Shown: positions 1-9,003 of the stretch, one piece after another
Layout: the number at the start of each line of letters is the position of its first letter
Position numbering within the stretch: the first letter of the stretch is position 1
Source: Candidatus Spongiisociaceae bacterium
GTDB lineage: Bacteria; Actinomycetota; Acidimicrobiia; Spongiisociales; Spongiisociaceae
Reading direction: 5' to 3'
Assembly: GCA_965219685.1 (NCBI GenBank)
Contig: CBDCOH010000002.1
Span: 2,976,001 to 3,040,000, forward strand
Length of the DNA: 64,000 nt
Position numbers and translations under genes: made by a program
Notes under the pieces: generated by a model
What the model was told of the DNA's origin: nothing
What the model saw: only the letters and a program-made list of their open reading frames with translations
The model's database searches: none

Positions 1-357
1 CAGGTGGGCCAGCCCGTGCGTGGCTACGAGCAGGATCCCGCTGCCCGCCAGAAGCAAGATGCCGTTCCACGGGTCGGGCGTTCTGTAGGCCAAGCCGACC
101 AACAGCAGCCCCAGCGCGGTCCCGACCAGGGTCGCCGCCGTACCGACCCCGATGGGAACGGTGACGAGCGCCCAGCGTTCGAAGGCGGCGCGGTCGGCGG
201 CGGCGATCCTTCCCGCGAACTCCTCTACCAGGCCAGGGTCCCTCTTGACGGCGGCTACCGCCTTCCAGAAGCCCGCCCCTGCCAACCCTGCCCCGGGGTC
301 CGCACCCAACCGTGCCTCGACGGCCCCCAGGATCCTCTCGACCTCGCGTCTCTCCAT
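1..357 (-). CDS. Hypothetical membrane protein (partial, runs off window start)
   Basis: Manual translation from ATG at 357, GGAGAG upstream: MERREVERILGAVEARLG...GTALGLLLVGLAY...GILLLAGSGILLVATHGLAHL. Two hydrophobic stretches. Not in the ORF track. Confidence 0.6.
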   Translation of the reverse strand, partial: MERREVERILGAVEARLGADPGAGLAGAGFWKAVAAVKRDPGLVEEFAGRIAAADRAAFERWALVTVPIGVGTAATLVGTALGLLLVGLAYRTPDPWNGILLLAGSGILLVATHGLAHL

Positions 358-469
358 GCCGATCTCTCCAACGGTAAATCGTTGTGTATCGATAGTACAG
401 GGGATTCGCTTCTGTCAGGTCCCCTGAGCCACTCGCCTAGAGTTGGATTCTGCAAACGATGGGAGGGTC

Positions 470-877
470 GTGATAACGCTCAGCGGATTGAACTGGTTGG
501 CGATCGTCGTCGCCGCGATCGTCTTCTTCGGGCTGGCGGCCGTCTGGTACCAGCCACGGGTGATGGGCCGCAAGTGGATGGAAGCGGCCGGCGTGGAACC
601 GCCGGACGCCGCTCCCAACCCGATGACGTTCGTGGGAGTCCTCGTCGCCTACTTCGTGATGGCGACCGTTCTGGCCATGGTCGCCCGGGGCGTAGGGGCA
701 TCCTCATTCGGCGACGGACTCGCGCTCGGCCTCGCCACTGGTATCGCGTTCGTGGCGGCCCAGGCCTGGGTCAACGTGACCTTCGAGCAGCGTTCCAAGA
801 GCCTCGTGCTGGTCAACGGTGCAATCGGAGTCATAGGCCATGTGGCGATGGCGGTGGTCGTCACCGTGTGGTCCTAG
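470..877 (+). CDS. DUF1761-family membrane protein
   Basis: GGGAGG RBS then GTG at 470; INWLAIVVAA-type start, 'GLAAVWYQP...GRKWM' motif, four TM helices. Confidence 0.8.
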   Translation: MITLSGLNWLAIVVAAIVFFGLAAVWYQPRVMGRKWMEAAGVEPPDAAPNPMTFVGVLVAYFVMATVLAMVARGVGASSFGDGLALGLATGIAFVAAQAWVNVTFEQRSKSLVLVNGAIGVIGHVAMAVVVTVWS

Positions 878-938
878 ATGATTGGTTCCTAGTCTCTAGT
901 TGGTAAGCGACGGGTAACGTTAGAACACATCGTTTCCG
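868..938 (+). repeat. Dispersed intergenic repeat, copy A
   Basis: cctagatgattggttcctag...taag...cgttaga...cgtttccg aligns with 8846-8918. Confidence 0.6.
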
Positions 939-1306
939 GGCCTTGGGAGGGCTGTCCGTGTTCGCCTGGGCGCCAATGGGGTTCCTCACAAACCGAGAAC
1001 TCGGGACCCGCGCGTACAGTCCAAGCCATCCTCGGATGACAGCTGTGTTGTGGACCGTGTGTGCCGATGGTTCAGTTTGATCGTGGGCTCGGATGGCTTG
1101 GACTACTCGTCTAGGAGGTGCAGGTCCCGGACGACCCGAAACGCCCATAGAGGGTTCCTGTCCGTCCCCTGATCACTCGGTGGATCTCACCGATGTTCTC
1201 GCCGGATGCTTGCCGTCCCGCCAGACCCGTAGGTATGCTGCTCTAAATTGCGGTAGATACAGTGTCTTTTGGGGGTATTGAGGCAGTTTGGAGAGGCGGG
1301 AAAGCG

Positions 1307-3337
1307 ATGGTCATTACCACCGATGACGTCAAGACCCAAGCGCTGAGTCTGCCGGAAGAACTCGTCCTGATGCTCCTCAACGAGGAGAACGGTTACTTCC
1401 ACCAGGTACCCGGCTGGGACCTCAACTGCGCCGTCGTCGGGGCCGTTCTCGCAGAACTCTCTTTCAGGTCCCGCATCGACACCGATATGGAGTCCCTCTT
1501 CCTCCTGGACCGGACAGAAACCGGCGATCCTGCCCTCGACCCCATCCTCGAGGTGATCGCGGGTGAGCCGGTCCAGCGAAAGGCCCAGTACTGGATCGAG
1601 CGGCTCGCTCCCCGTGCGGAGTCGATCATCGATCTGACCCTGGATCACCTGGTCGACCTGGGAATCCTGCAACACCACGATGGTGGGTTCTGGACGCTGG
1701 CCCACGCGATGGGGCCGGTCGGACTCTTCACCGCCTCCCCGGACGGCAGCGGAACGCAGTTCGTCAAGACACGCATCAGCCAGGCGATCTTCCACAACGA
1801 GATTCCCGACCCAAGAGACGTCGTCATCATCTGTCTCATCAACACGTGCGACGTATTCCGCTTCATGTTCCAACTCGATGAACAAGCTGAGGACCGCATC
1901 GACTTCATCTGCAACATGGATCTCATCGGCCGGTCCATCGCCGCCGCGGTCTCCCACAACCTTGCCGGCCCGCTGCTCCGGCGTTCTGCCCTGGCCAAGA
2001 AGATCCCGGTTGTCCCCCTGCGCAAACTGCTGCTCAATCCACACATCCGCTCCGGCAACATTCCGGCGCTCTTCGCGGACCTTGCCCGACAATACGGCCC
2101 GGTGTTCCAACTCCGCCCCCCGTTCACCGAGCCGATGATCTTCCTTGCCGGGCCGGCAACGAACGAGTGGGTAAACCGGCGTGGGCGCATGTACCTGAGA
2201 GCCAAGGACTACTTCAGTGAGTTCGAGAAGGTGTATGGCGCCAATGGAGTGTTGCCTTCGCTGGATGGCGCCGATCACTTCCGGCTCCGCAAGTCCATGG
2301 CCCCGGCGTACTCCCGCAGGCGGCTGGCCACACAACTGGACCAACTCTACGGACATGTGCGCGACCACATGACGGAGTGGAAGGTGGGAGACGCCTACTT
2401 CGCAACGCCGATGTGCAGGCGGATGGTCAACGCACAGATCTCACCCCTTTTCGTCAGCGTGGACTCGCAGGACCTCATCGACGATCTGATGACGTACAAG
2501 GAACGCGCGCTCAACACCCACATCGTGAGGGTGCTGCCCAAGTTCATGCTGAAGACACCGGGAATGAGGCGCCGCGCGAAAGCTGTCGAAACGTTGCTGG
2601 AACGGGTCCAGAGCGGGCATACACCGGCTCAACGCGCTGACAGTCCGCGGGACCTTGCAGATGACTTCCTGAGCCTGCATGCCAGCGACCCGCAGTTCGT
2701 CCCGGAGTCGAATCTCCGGTTCGCGTTCTCGGCGGCCCTGATCGCCAGCGTGTATCTCGGCGATGCGGTCAACTTCGCCCTGTATGCCATGGTGTCCCAG
2801 CCCGGACTCCAAGCTCGAGTCCAGAAGGAAGCCGATGCGCTGTTCGAGGGCGGCGATCCGCAAGGCCGGGACTTCAACCCGTCCACCATCGACGTCACTC
2901 ACCGCCTCATGATGGAGTCCCTGCGCATATACCCGATCGTCCCGATGTCCATGCGCAACGTCATGAACGCATGCCTGGTCGAGGGGTATGAGTTGCCGGT
3001 GGGGTCACGGATCCTGATCGCCCAGACAGCCTCGCACTACATGGACGACGTCTTCCCGGACCCCTTCAAATTCGACATCGATCGCTACCTGTCTCCCCGC
3101 CTCGAGCACAACAGTCCCGGGTACGCCCCGTACGGACTGGGCACCCACAAATGTCTCGGGTCCCGCTGGATGGAACTGCAGCTGACCGTCAACGTGCTCA
3201 TGGTCGCGCACTACTTCACCCTCGAGATAGCCCCCGCCGACTTCAAGCTCAGGTTCAACCCGTTGCCGTCGATGAAGCCGAGCAAGAAGCTGAAGTTCCG
3301 GATCGTCGAGCAGAGACGCGGGCTACCCGATAGTTGA
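1307..3337 (+). CDS. GPP34 (GOLPH3/Vps74-like) domain fused to cytochrome P450
   Basis: N-terminus LSLPEELVLMLL...GAVLAELSFRSRI...TGDPALD...WIERL...LVDLGIL is the GPP34 pattern. C-terminus has ExxR (ESLR), FDIDRY meander and heme motif PYGLGTHKCLG. ATG at 1307 chosen over the ORF-track start at 1262. Confidence 0.85.
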   Translation: MVITTDDVKTQALSLPEELVLMLLNEENGYFHQVPGWDLNCAVVGAVLAELSFRSRIDTDMESLFLLDRTETGDPALDPILEVIAGEPVQRKAQYWIERLAPRAESIIDLTLDHLVDLGILQHHDGGFWTLAHAMGPVGLFTASPDGSGTQFVKTRISQAIFHNEIPDPRDVVIICLINTCDVFRFMFQLDEQAEDRIDFICNMDLIGRSIAAAVSHNLAGPLLRRSALAKKIPVVPLRKLLLNPHIRSGNIPALFADLARQYGPVFQLRPPFTEPMIFLAGPATNEWVNRRGRMYLRAKDYFSEFEKVYGANGVLPSLDGADHFRLRKSMAPAYSRRRLATQLDQLYGHVRDHMTEWKVGDAYFATPMCRRMVNAQISPLFVSVDSQDLIDDLMTYKERALNTHIVRVLPKFMLKTPGMRRRAKAVETLLERVQSGHTPAQRADSPRDLADDFLSLHASDPQFVPESNLRFAFSAALIASVYLGDAVNFALYAMVSQPGLQARVQKEADALFEGGDPQGRDFNPSTIDVTHRLMMESLRIYPIVPMSMRNVMNACLVEGYELPVGSRILIAQTASHYMDDVFPDPFKFDIDRYLSPRLEHNSPGYAPYGLGTHKCLGSRWMELQLTVNVLMVAHYFTLEIAPADFKLRFNPLPSMKPSKKLKFRIVEQRRGLPDS

Positions 3338-3411
3338 TAGTGGCTAGTTGATAGTTGCCAGCTCCGTTTCTTAACGGTGAAGAGTCAGTGCCAACTAGCA
3401 ACTGACGACTA
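3329..3411. repeat. Heptamer array forming an imperfect inverted repeat between convergent genes (possible terminator)
   Basis: gatagtt gatagtg gctagtt gatagtt gccagct ... ccaactagcaactgacgacta. Confidence 0.55.
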
Positions 3412-5886
3412 AGCGGGTTCCTCGGCTGCGCCGTGGCGTCGATGTACGGCTTCGATCGTGTCGTCGAGCTCGGCTGCCCAGCGGCGCATCCTCGAGCGGA
3501 GCCGCATGTTCTGGTAGGAGCCCCAGACCGTCATGGCGGGCGGCACCAGCACGATGGAGACGATCAGCGAGTACGCGATCGTGATCGCCGCGGTGATGGC
3601 GAACTGCTGGGATGCGGCCAGAGGTGAGAACACCAGCACTCCGAGTCCTAGCGCCGTGGTCAGAGCAGAGCCCAGCAGCGCCGATCCCGTGGTGGAGAGC
3701 GTCCGGATCGCCGCCTTCTCCGGGTTTCGCTCGTATGCGTACTCCTCGCGGTAACGATGGATCATGTGAATGGTGTAGTCGACCCCGATCCCGATCGAGA
3801 GCGCGGTGATTATGGACGTGATGAGCGTGTAGGGAATGTCCAGCAGCGCCATGGTGCCCAGCACCGATATGAGCACGAGCACTATCGGGAACACCGCCAC
3901 AAAGCCCAGCGCCGGCTGACGCACCGTCACCCAGAAGAAGAGGGCGAGAACGGTCAGTGCCACCGCGACGGTGGTGCTGATGGCCTCCGTCTGCTGCTCA
4001 GTGATGGCGTCGGTAACGGTGAACGAGATGATGCTGGACGAAGTCGCGGTGAGGGCGTCGTCGTCGCCGAACCAGAGTTCCTCGATATCCCGCTGGGTGG
4101 TCCTCGCCTGCGATGTGTCGCCTGCGAAAGCCGGGAATTGGAGCAGCATGGCATCGATGCCGCCGGGATTGTTGACCAGGAGACGCCCCAGGAAGGGATC
4201 TTGCGCCTCGAGACGGTCGAGGAAGTCCTGCATCAACCCGGCATCGAGCTCGATCCCGGCGGAGGCTTCCTGGAGTAGGGCGGCAAGCTCCGGGTCGTAC
4301 CGGTCGCCGGGCGCCCCGCTGTCGTTGACCCAGTCGTGTACCACCATGTCAAACGATGCCTGGATCGGCCCCGCTGCCGCGCCGGGGCGGAGCGTCTCAT
4401 CCGCGAAAGCGGTGGTGAGGTCGTGGAGGTCGATGAGCGTGCGGGTGTCGGTGGCTTCGGCCATCACCAGCAGGCTGACCATCTCCGTCGAGCCGCCGAT
4501 AGCCGCATCCAGCGTGTCCATGTCCTCCAGCAGTCCGCCACCTCTCGGAAGGATGTCGCGGATGCTGAACTCCGACTCGAGGTCCCTCGCCGCGAATCCG
4601 AGCGCGATCGTCACCGCTATCACCGCGACGATGTAGGGCGTCGGCCGGCGTGTGACTCCCCTCCCCAGCGACTCCGCCAAGGGTCGGATGCCAGGCAAGG
4701 CAGTCGAGATCGGGCGCGGATCCTTCAACTTGCCCCGAGCCGCCCGCCTCCGATCGATGATCGTCCGGCCGGCCGGAATGAGCGTCAGCATTACCAGCAG
4801 GCTCATCCCGACGCCCAGCCCCGCTATGACGCCGAAGTCGTTGACTATCCCGATCGGCGAGAACAGGCTCACCAGCAGGCTGACGATCGTGGTGACCGCG
4901 GCAAGGGTGAGAGGCAGTGTGACGTGACGCAGTCCCTTGCGGACGGCCCCCACCACCTCCTCGCCCGCCAAGCGCTGCTCGCGGTAGTGCGAGACGATCT
5001 GGATCGCGTAGTCCACCGTGAGACCGATCAGGATGATCGGCACCATCGTGGTGAGGGAGTTCGGAGGGCCGACAAGACCCAACGCGTTCGGTCCGAGCCA
5101 TCCCTCCGCCCCGGTGATCCAGATGATCGACAGTAGGAGTCCTCCGATCGTGAGGAGGAGATCCGAGATCGTGCGCATGAAGAGCAGGATCAGCGCCGCG
5201 ATCAACAGGAAGGCCGCACCCACCAGGGGTGCCATCCCCTCCTCGGTGGCCCTCTTGTACTCGTCCTCGACCACCACGGGCGAGACGCTGGTCACCCGCA
5301 GCGGGCCCTCGTCCGCATCTGCCAACTCGTCGACCCTCCGGGAAGCGTCATAGATTCGCTCGTCCTTGGTGTCCTGCAGGTTGATGGTGGCAATGGCGAC
5401 CCGCGTCCCGTCCGTGTCCATGCCGGTCGTGGCGGCGAGTGCCTCCCCGATGCCCGGAACGTTGCGGACGGAATCGATCTGCTCCTGCGTGACCGACTCG
5501 AAGCTCTCCACCTGCAGCACGGCCTTGACCAGGAACGAGGGCGCGAACACAGGATCGGGCTGCGCCAGTATCTCTCCCACGCCCGGATCAGTAACGATCT
5601 CGTTGACGAGGCTGTCCATCTGCGCGAGACCCCCGGGTGTGAGCGCGTCCCCACGGAAGAGAAGCGTCGCAACGTGAGCCCCTCCGGAATCGCCGAAGAG
5701 TTCCTCTATCTCTGCCAAGGCTTGGGCGACACGGCTCCCCTGGGGAAGGGTCTCGGCAGTCTCCGGCGGCTCGGCGCGCTGTGCCGTCCCGGCGCCCAAG
5801 GCAAAGGTGATGACTAGGAGGACCGCGATGGTGACCCATGGGTAACCCGTCACCATCCGGCGCAGTCGATCGAGCGCCTTACTCAT
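3409..5886 (-). CDS. MMPL/RND-superfamily transporter
   Basis: Two repeats of extracytoplasmic loop plus TM bundle; motifs IGLTVDYAIQ and IGIGVDYTIH; 825 aa. Confidence 0.9.
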   Translation of the reverse strand: MSKALDRLRRMVTGYPWVTIAVLLVITFALGAGTAQRAEPPETAETLPQGSRVAQALAEIEELFGDSGGAHVATLLFRGDALTPGGLAQMDSLVNEIVTDPGVGEILAQPDPVFAPSFLVKAVLQVESFESVTQEQIDSVRNVPGIGEALAATTGMDTDGTRVAIATINLQDTKDERIYDASRRVDELADADEGPLRVTSVSPVVVEDEYKRATEEGMAPLVGAAFLLIAALILLFMRTISDLLLTIGGLLLSIIWITGAEGWLGPNALGLVGPPNSLTTMVPIILIGLTVDYAIQIVSHYREQRLAGEEVVGAVRKGLRHVTLPLTLAAVTTIVSLLVSLFSPIGIVNDFGVIAGLGVGMSLLVMLTLIPAGRTIIDRRRAARGKLKDPRPISTALPGIRPLAESLGRGVTRRPTPYIVAVIAVTIALGFAARDLESEFSIRDILPRGGGLLEDMDTLDAAIGGSTEMVSLLVMAEATDTRTLIDLHDLTTAFADETLRPGAAAGPIQASFDMVVHDWVNDSGAPGDRYDPELAALLQEASAGIELDAGLMQDFLDRLEAQDPFLGRLLVNNPGGIDAMLLQFPAFAGDTSQARTTQRDIEELWFGDDDALTATSSSIISFTVTDAITEQQTEAISTTVAVALTVLALFFWVTVRQPALGFVAVFPIVLVLISVLGTMALLDIPYTLITSIITALSIGIGVDYTIHMIHRYREEYAYERNPEKAAIRTLSTTGSALLGSALTTALGLGVLVFSPLAASQQFAITAAITIAYSLIVSIVLVPPAMTVWGSYQNMRLRSRMRRWAAELDDTIEAVHRRHGAAEEPA

Positions 5887-5988
5887 GGCCTGCCATGGAA
5901 ATCACGTCGCGTCTGAACATTAACCCTTCCCAAAACCGACCGCTCCGAATCGGCGGACAAGCCCGAAAATGGAAGCGACCTCGAGTAC

Positions 5989-7065
5989 TCATCGTGCAGC
6001 GTCACGAAGCCTAACAGTGACCCGGCTCGGCGACTCATGCTGCTCGGGATAGAACTGGGCGCAGTAGCGTCGATAGCTCATGATCTCGCCGTCGGAAGTG
6101 CAGAGGCGGGGCCGGGGCCGGTACCGCTTGCGGCTCCAGATAACCACATCCTGGCGAACGTCCTGCATCTGGAAGGCCGCCATGATCTTGTTCATGATGG
6201 GGGCGCGCAGCTTGGGGGGCAGGAAACCCAGCCCTGCGATCCACCTCTTCGGTTGGCGGATCTCCCGCACCTGCGAGACGAGGGACAGGTCGATGAGGAT
6301 GCCGTCCACCGGCGTGGCCAGAACCCACAGGCGAAGGTCCATCCCGATCGTGTGCTCGCGGATCTGCACATAGGAGTAGCCGAGCCCGTGTATCAGCGTG
6401 TCGGCGGACACGTCAAGGGTCAGCCTGGCGATCCCGGCGATCTTGCGGGTTCTCCTGAAGTCGAACCGGCTCACGAGCAACGGTCCGTCCACCGACGCTC
6501 GCTCCACGCGCTTCACGTTGCCGTAGCCGTGGACGTAACGCAGGTGGCCAAGATCCACAGAGTTCTCCGTGGTCTCCTGCGGATGGCCGGGGAAGCGTAC
6601 GGTGCTGATATCGAGACCGCTCCACCCGTCCTGGGGCGGCGTGTCGGCGGGCAGGCTCCATTGCGGTTCTCGCCCCCCGTGACCCCACCAGACGAAGATC
6701 AAGTCGAGGACCTCCTGGGTCTCGAAGGTGCGCAACCTCGCCGCCTTGGGCGGTCTGGCGTACGGTGTGGCGACGCACCGGCCACTCACGTCGAACTCGA
6801 AGCCGTGGAAGGGACAGACGAGGCGGCCATCGCATACGCGGCCTCCGGCGGCCGGTCCCATATCGGCGCCCAGGTGCGGGCAGAAGGAGTCCGCCACGCA
6901 GACATTGCCGTTCTCGTCGTACCAGATGACGATGGTCTCTCCCATCCAAGTCCTCTGGATGAGCCCGGCCCTCCGTACATCTTGGCGGCTCGCGACGAAG
7001 TACCAGCCCTCCGGGAAGGGGGACGGCAATCGACCGCTCCCGAGCGCCACAGATCGGCTTGACAT
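5989..7065 (-). CDS. Rieske non-heme iron oxygenase, KshA/Neverland (sterol hydroxylase/desaturase)-like
   Basis: CPHLG...CPFHG Rieske ligands; ENSVDLGHLRYVH iron site; C-terminal QDVVIWSRKRY...DGEIMSYRRYCAQFY typical of the KshA/Neverland group. Confidence 0.85.
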   Translation of the reverse strand: MSSRSVALGSGRLPSPFPEGWYFVASRQDVRRAGLIQRTWMGETIVIWYDENGNVCVADSFCPHLGADMGPAAGGRVCDGRLVCPFHGFEFDVSGRCVATPYARPPKAARLRTFETQEVLDLIFVWWGHGGREPQWSLPADTPPQDGWSGLDISTVRFPGHPQETTENSVDLGHLRYVHGYGNVKRVERASVDGPLLVSRFDFRRTRKIAGIARLTLDVSADTLIHGLGYSYVQIREHTIGMDLRLWVLATPVDGILIDLSLVSQVREIRQPKRWIAGLGFLPPKLRAPIMNKIMAAFQMQDVRQDVVIWSRKRYRPRPRLCTSDGEIMSYRRYCAQFYPEQHESPSRVTVRLRDAAR

Positions 7066-7383
7066 CGATCAAAACCCCCCTCTCCCCACGCCGGGCTGGA
7101 AGTTTCGCGCTTAGACAGAGCACCATCGAATGCGAGACCCGCTGACCAACCGCCTGATTGCGGACTCTTACATACAAGTGCTGTTACAGGCTAGCAATGT
7201 CGGCCCGGAATCCTGTCCATTTACCCGTCGCTACCGTACTTAGTGGAGACTTAACTGTCCTTGGCAGTATGCAGATTCGATGAACTCTGTTGAGAGTATC
7301 TACACGGGATAGGCAGGGTGACTTGCGGAGCCTTTGGGAGCACCGTCGGACGGTCTGGGCGCTGCGGACAAGAAGGTTCAGCC

Positions 7384-8740
7384 TCATACCTTCTTGAAAC
7401 GCCACCCGTACATAAGGCTGCCGTAGTGATTGAACGAACGCCTCGCGCCGGAATCATCGAAGGGATAGTCCGCACCCAACTGCGTCGCTGCCGCGAGCCC
7501 GCTCACGAAGCAGGTCTCCTGGCTGTTGATCAGGGTGTGGGCTCCACAGTGCCAGGTCCGTCTTCTACCCTGGATGAAGCGGAAGAGATAGATCAGCCAG
7601 GCTACGTGGCGCACATCATGCACGATGTGCTGGAACCACCACCGTCCGATGACCCTCCGCTCGTCGATCCGGCTGATGGGGTTGTAGGTCACGAGGCAAG
7701 GCTTGTCGGACCGGTTCGCCCACGGCTGCTGGTTATGCATGATGTAGGTGATCTCGTAGTTGTCCGGCCTGGCGCCGTACTGTTCGATGTGGTTGCTGCG
7801 CGTCTCCAGCGGGTTCACTTCATTGTCAGGTAGGACCGAGGGATCCGAATGCACCACGGTGTGATTGTGGAGTTCGCTCTCGTAACGTATCGACGACAGG
7901 ATGTAGCGCTCCACCATCGTGGGCTTGTCGAGGATCATCAGCGTCTGGTTCGCATTGCACGCGAAGATCACGCCGTCGAACGTCTCCTTCAAACCCGCTT
8001 CGTCCTCGACCACAACACCCGACGGATGGCGGTACACCTTTAGGACCGGACGGTTGAGGTAGATCTTCTCCGCGAAGTCGGCCGACAGGTTCTCGTAGAT
8101 GCGTCGTGTCCCCTGATCCCATGTCTGCATGGAGGTGGCGACTTCGATGTCGAAGAACTCGAGATATCTCGAGAAAAGAGCCGCAGGCATGTCGAAGACG
8201 TTGGTCGCCATCAGGAAGTTGACGAACATCGGCTTCAGTATCTTGTAGCGGAAGTCCCCGGAGAAACCACCTAGGTTCAGGACCGTCCCCATGCTGATGT
8301 AGTTGAACGGGTTGATTGCGTTCAGGAACTTCGACCGTGAACGGCTCAGATACCCAAACCAGTGAAGACGTCTCAGAACTCGTTGAAACCTCGCGATCTC
8401 CGGCTGGAGTTGCTGCCTGATCTCGGAGTCGAAGTCATGAGCGTACACCTGACCACGGTATTTGACGCTATAACTGAATTTGGTATCGATCATTTCGATA
8501 CCAAACTCCTTCATCAGTAACACGACATGGTGATAGACCGACGGGATGCAGGCGGTGACCGAAATGTCGAAGGGGATCGAGCTGCCGTCAGCCTGGGGGC
8601 ATCTCAGCTGTGACGGCATTCCCGCCGATCCGATCCTGGGCCTCGAACAACCGGAAGTCGAATCGGTCGGGGTGGTGGTGCAGACCCCATGCCGCGCCCA
8701 GCCCGGAGATGCCTCCGCCGACGATTGCAATGCGTCGCAG
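7384..8740 (-). pseudogene. FAD-dependent oxidoreductase (COG2907/amine-oxidase-like), one frameshift, apparent CTG start
   Basis: GGGAGG-N7-CTG at 8740 opens (L)RRIAIVGGGISGLGAAWGL...FEAQDRIGGNA (Rossmann fold). One extra base in the G5 run at 8595-8599 shifts to the frame of ORF 7384-8787, which ends IQGRRRTWHCGAH...SGLAAATQLG. Confidence 0.75.
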
Positions 8741-8845
8741 TGTTGTACCTCCCGCACAGGTTGCCACGACCTTATCGTTGAGAACACGCGTTGCTTGGTG
8801 ACCAGGCCAGGATGTACTCGAGGGCCGGCCGGACCCCTCTAAGAC

Positions 8846-8918
8846 GATTGGTTCCTAGATGATTAGTTCCTAGGTAGCAGGTACTAAGTGCTTAGCGTTA
8901 GATCGGGTACGTTTCCGT
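8846..8918 (+). repeat. Dispersed intergenic repeat, copy B
   Basis: gattggttcctagatgattagttcctag...taag...cgttaga...cgtttccg, similar to 868-938. Confidence 0.6.
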
Positions 8919-9003
8919 TCTCAGTCATACTGGCCAACCTTCGGCCTCCCGCTATGGGGAAGTCTTCTTGGAGTAGATGATGGGTGGCCAGACGACGCAG
9001 TAC

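Noticed and set aside
4-906. 300-aa plus-strand ORF
   Set aside because: Low-complexity shadow overlapping two better-supported genes (1-357 minus, 470-877 plus).
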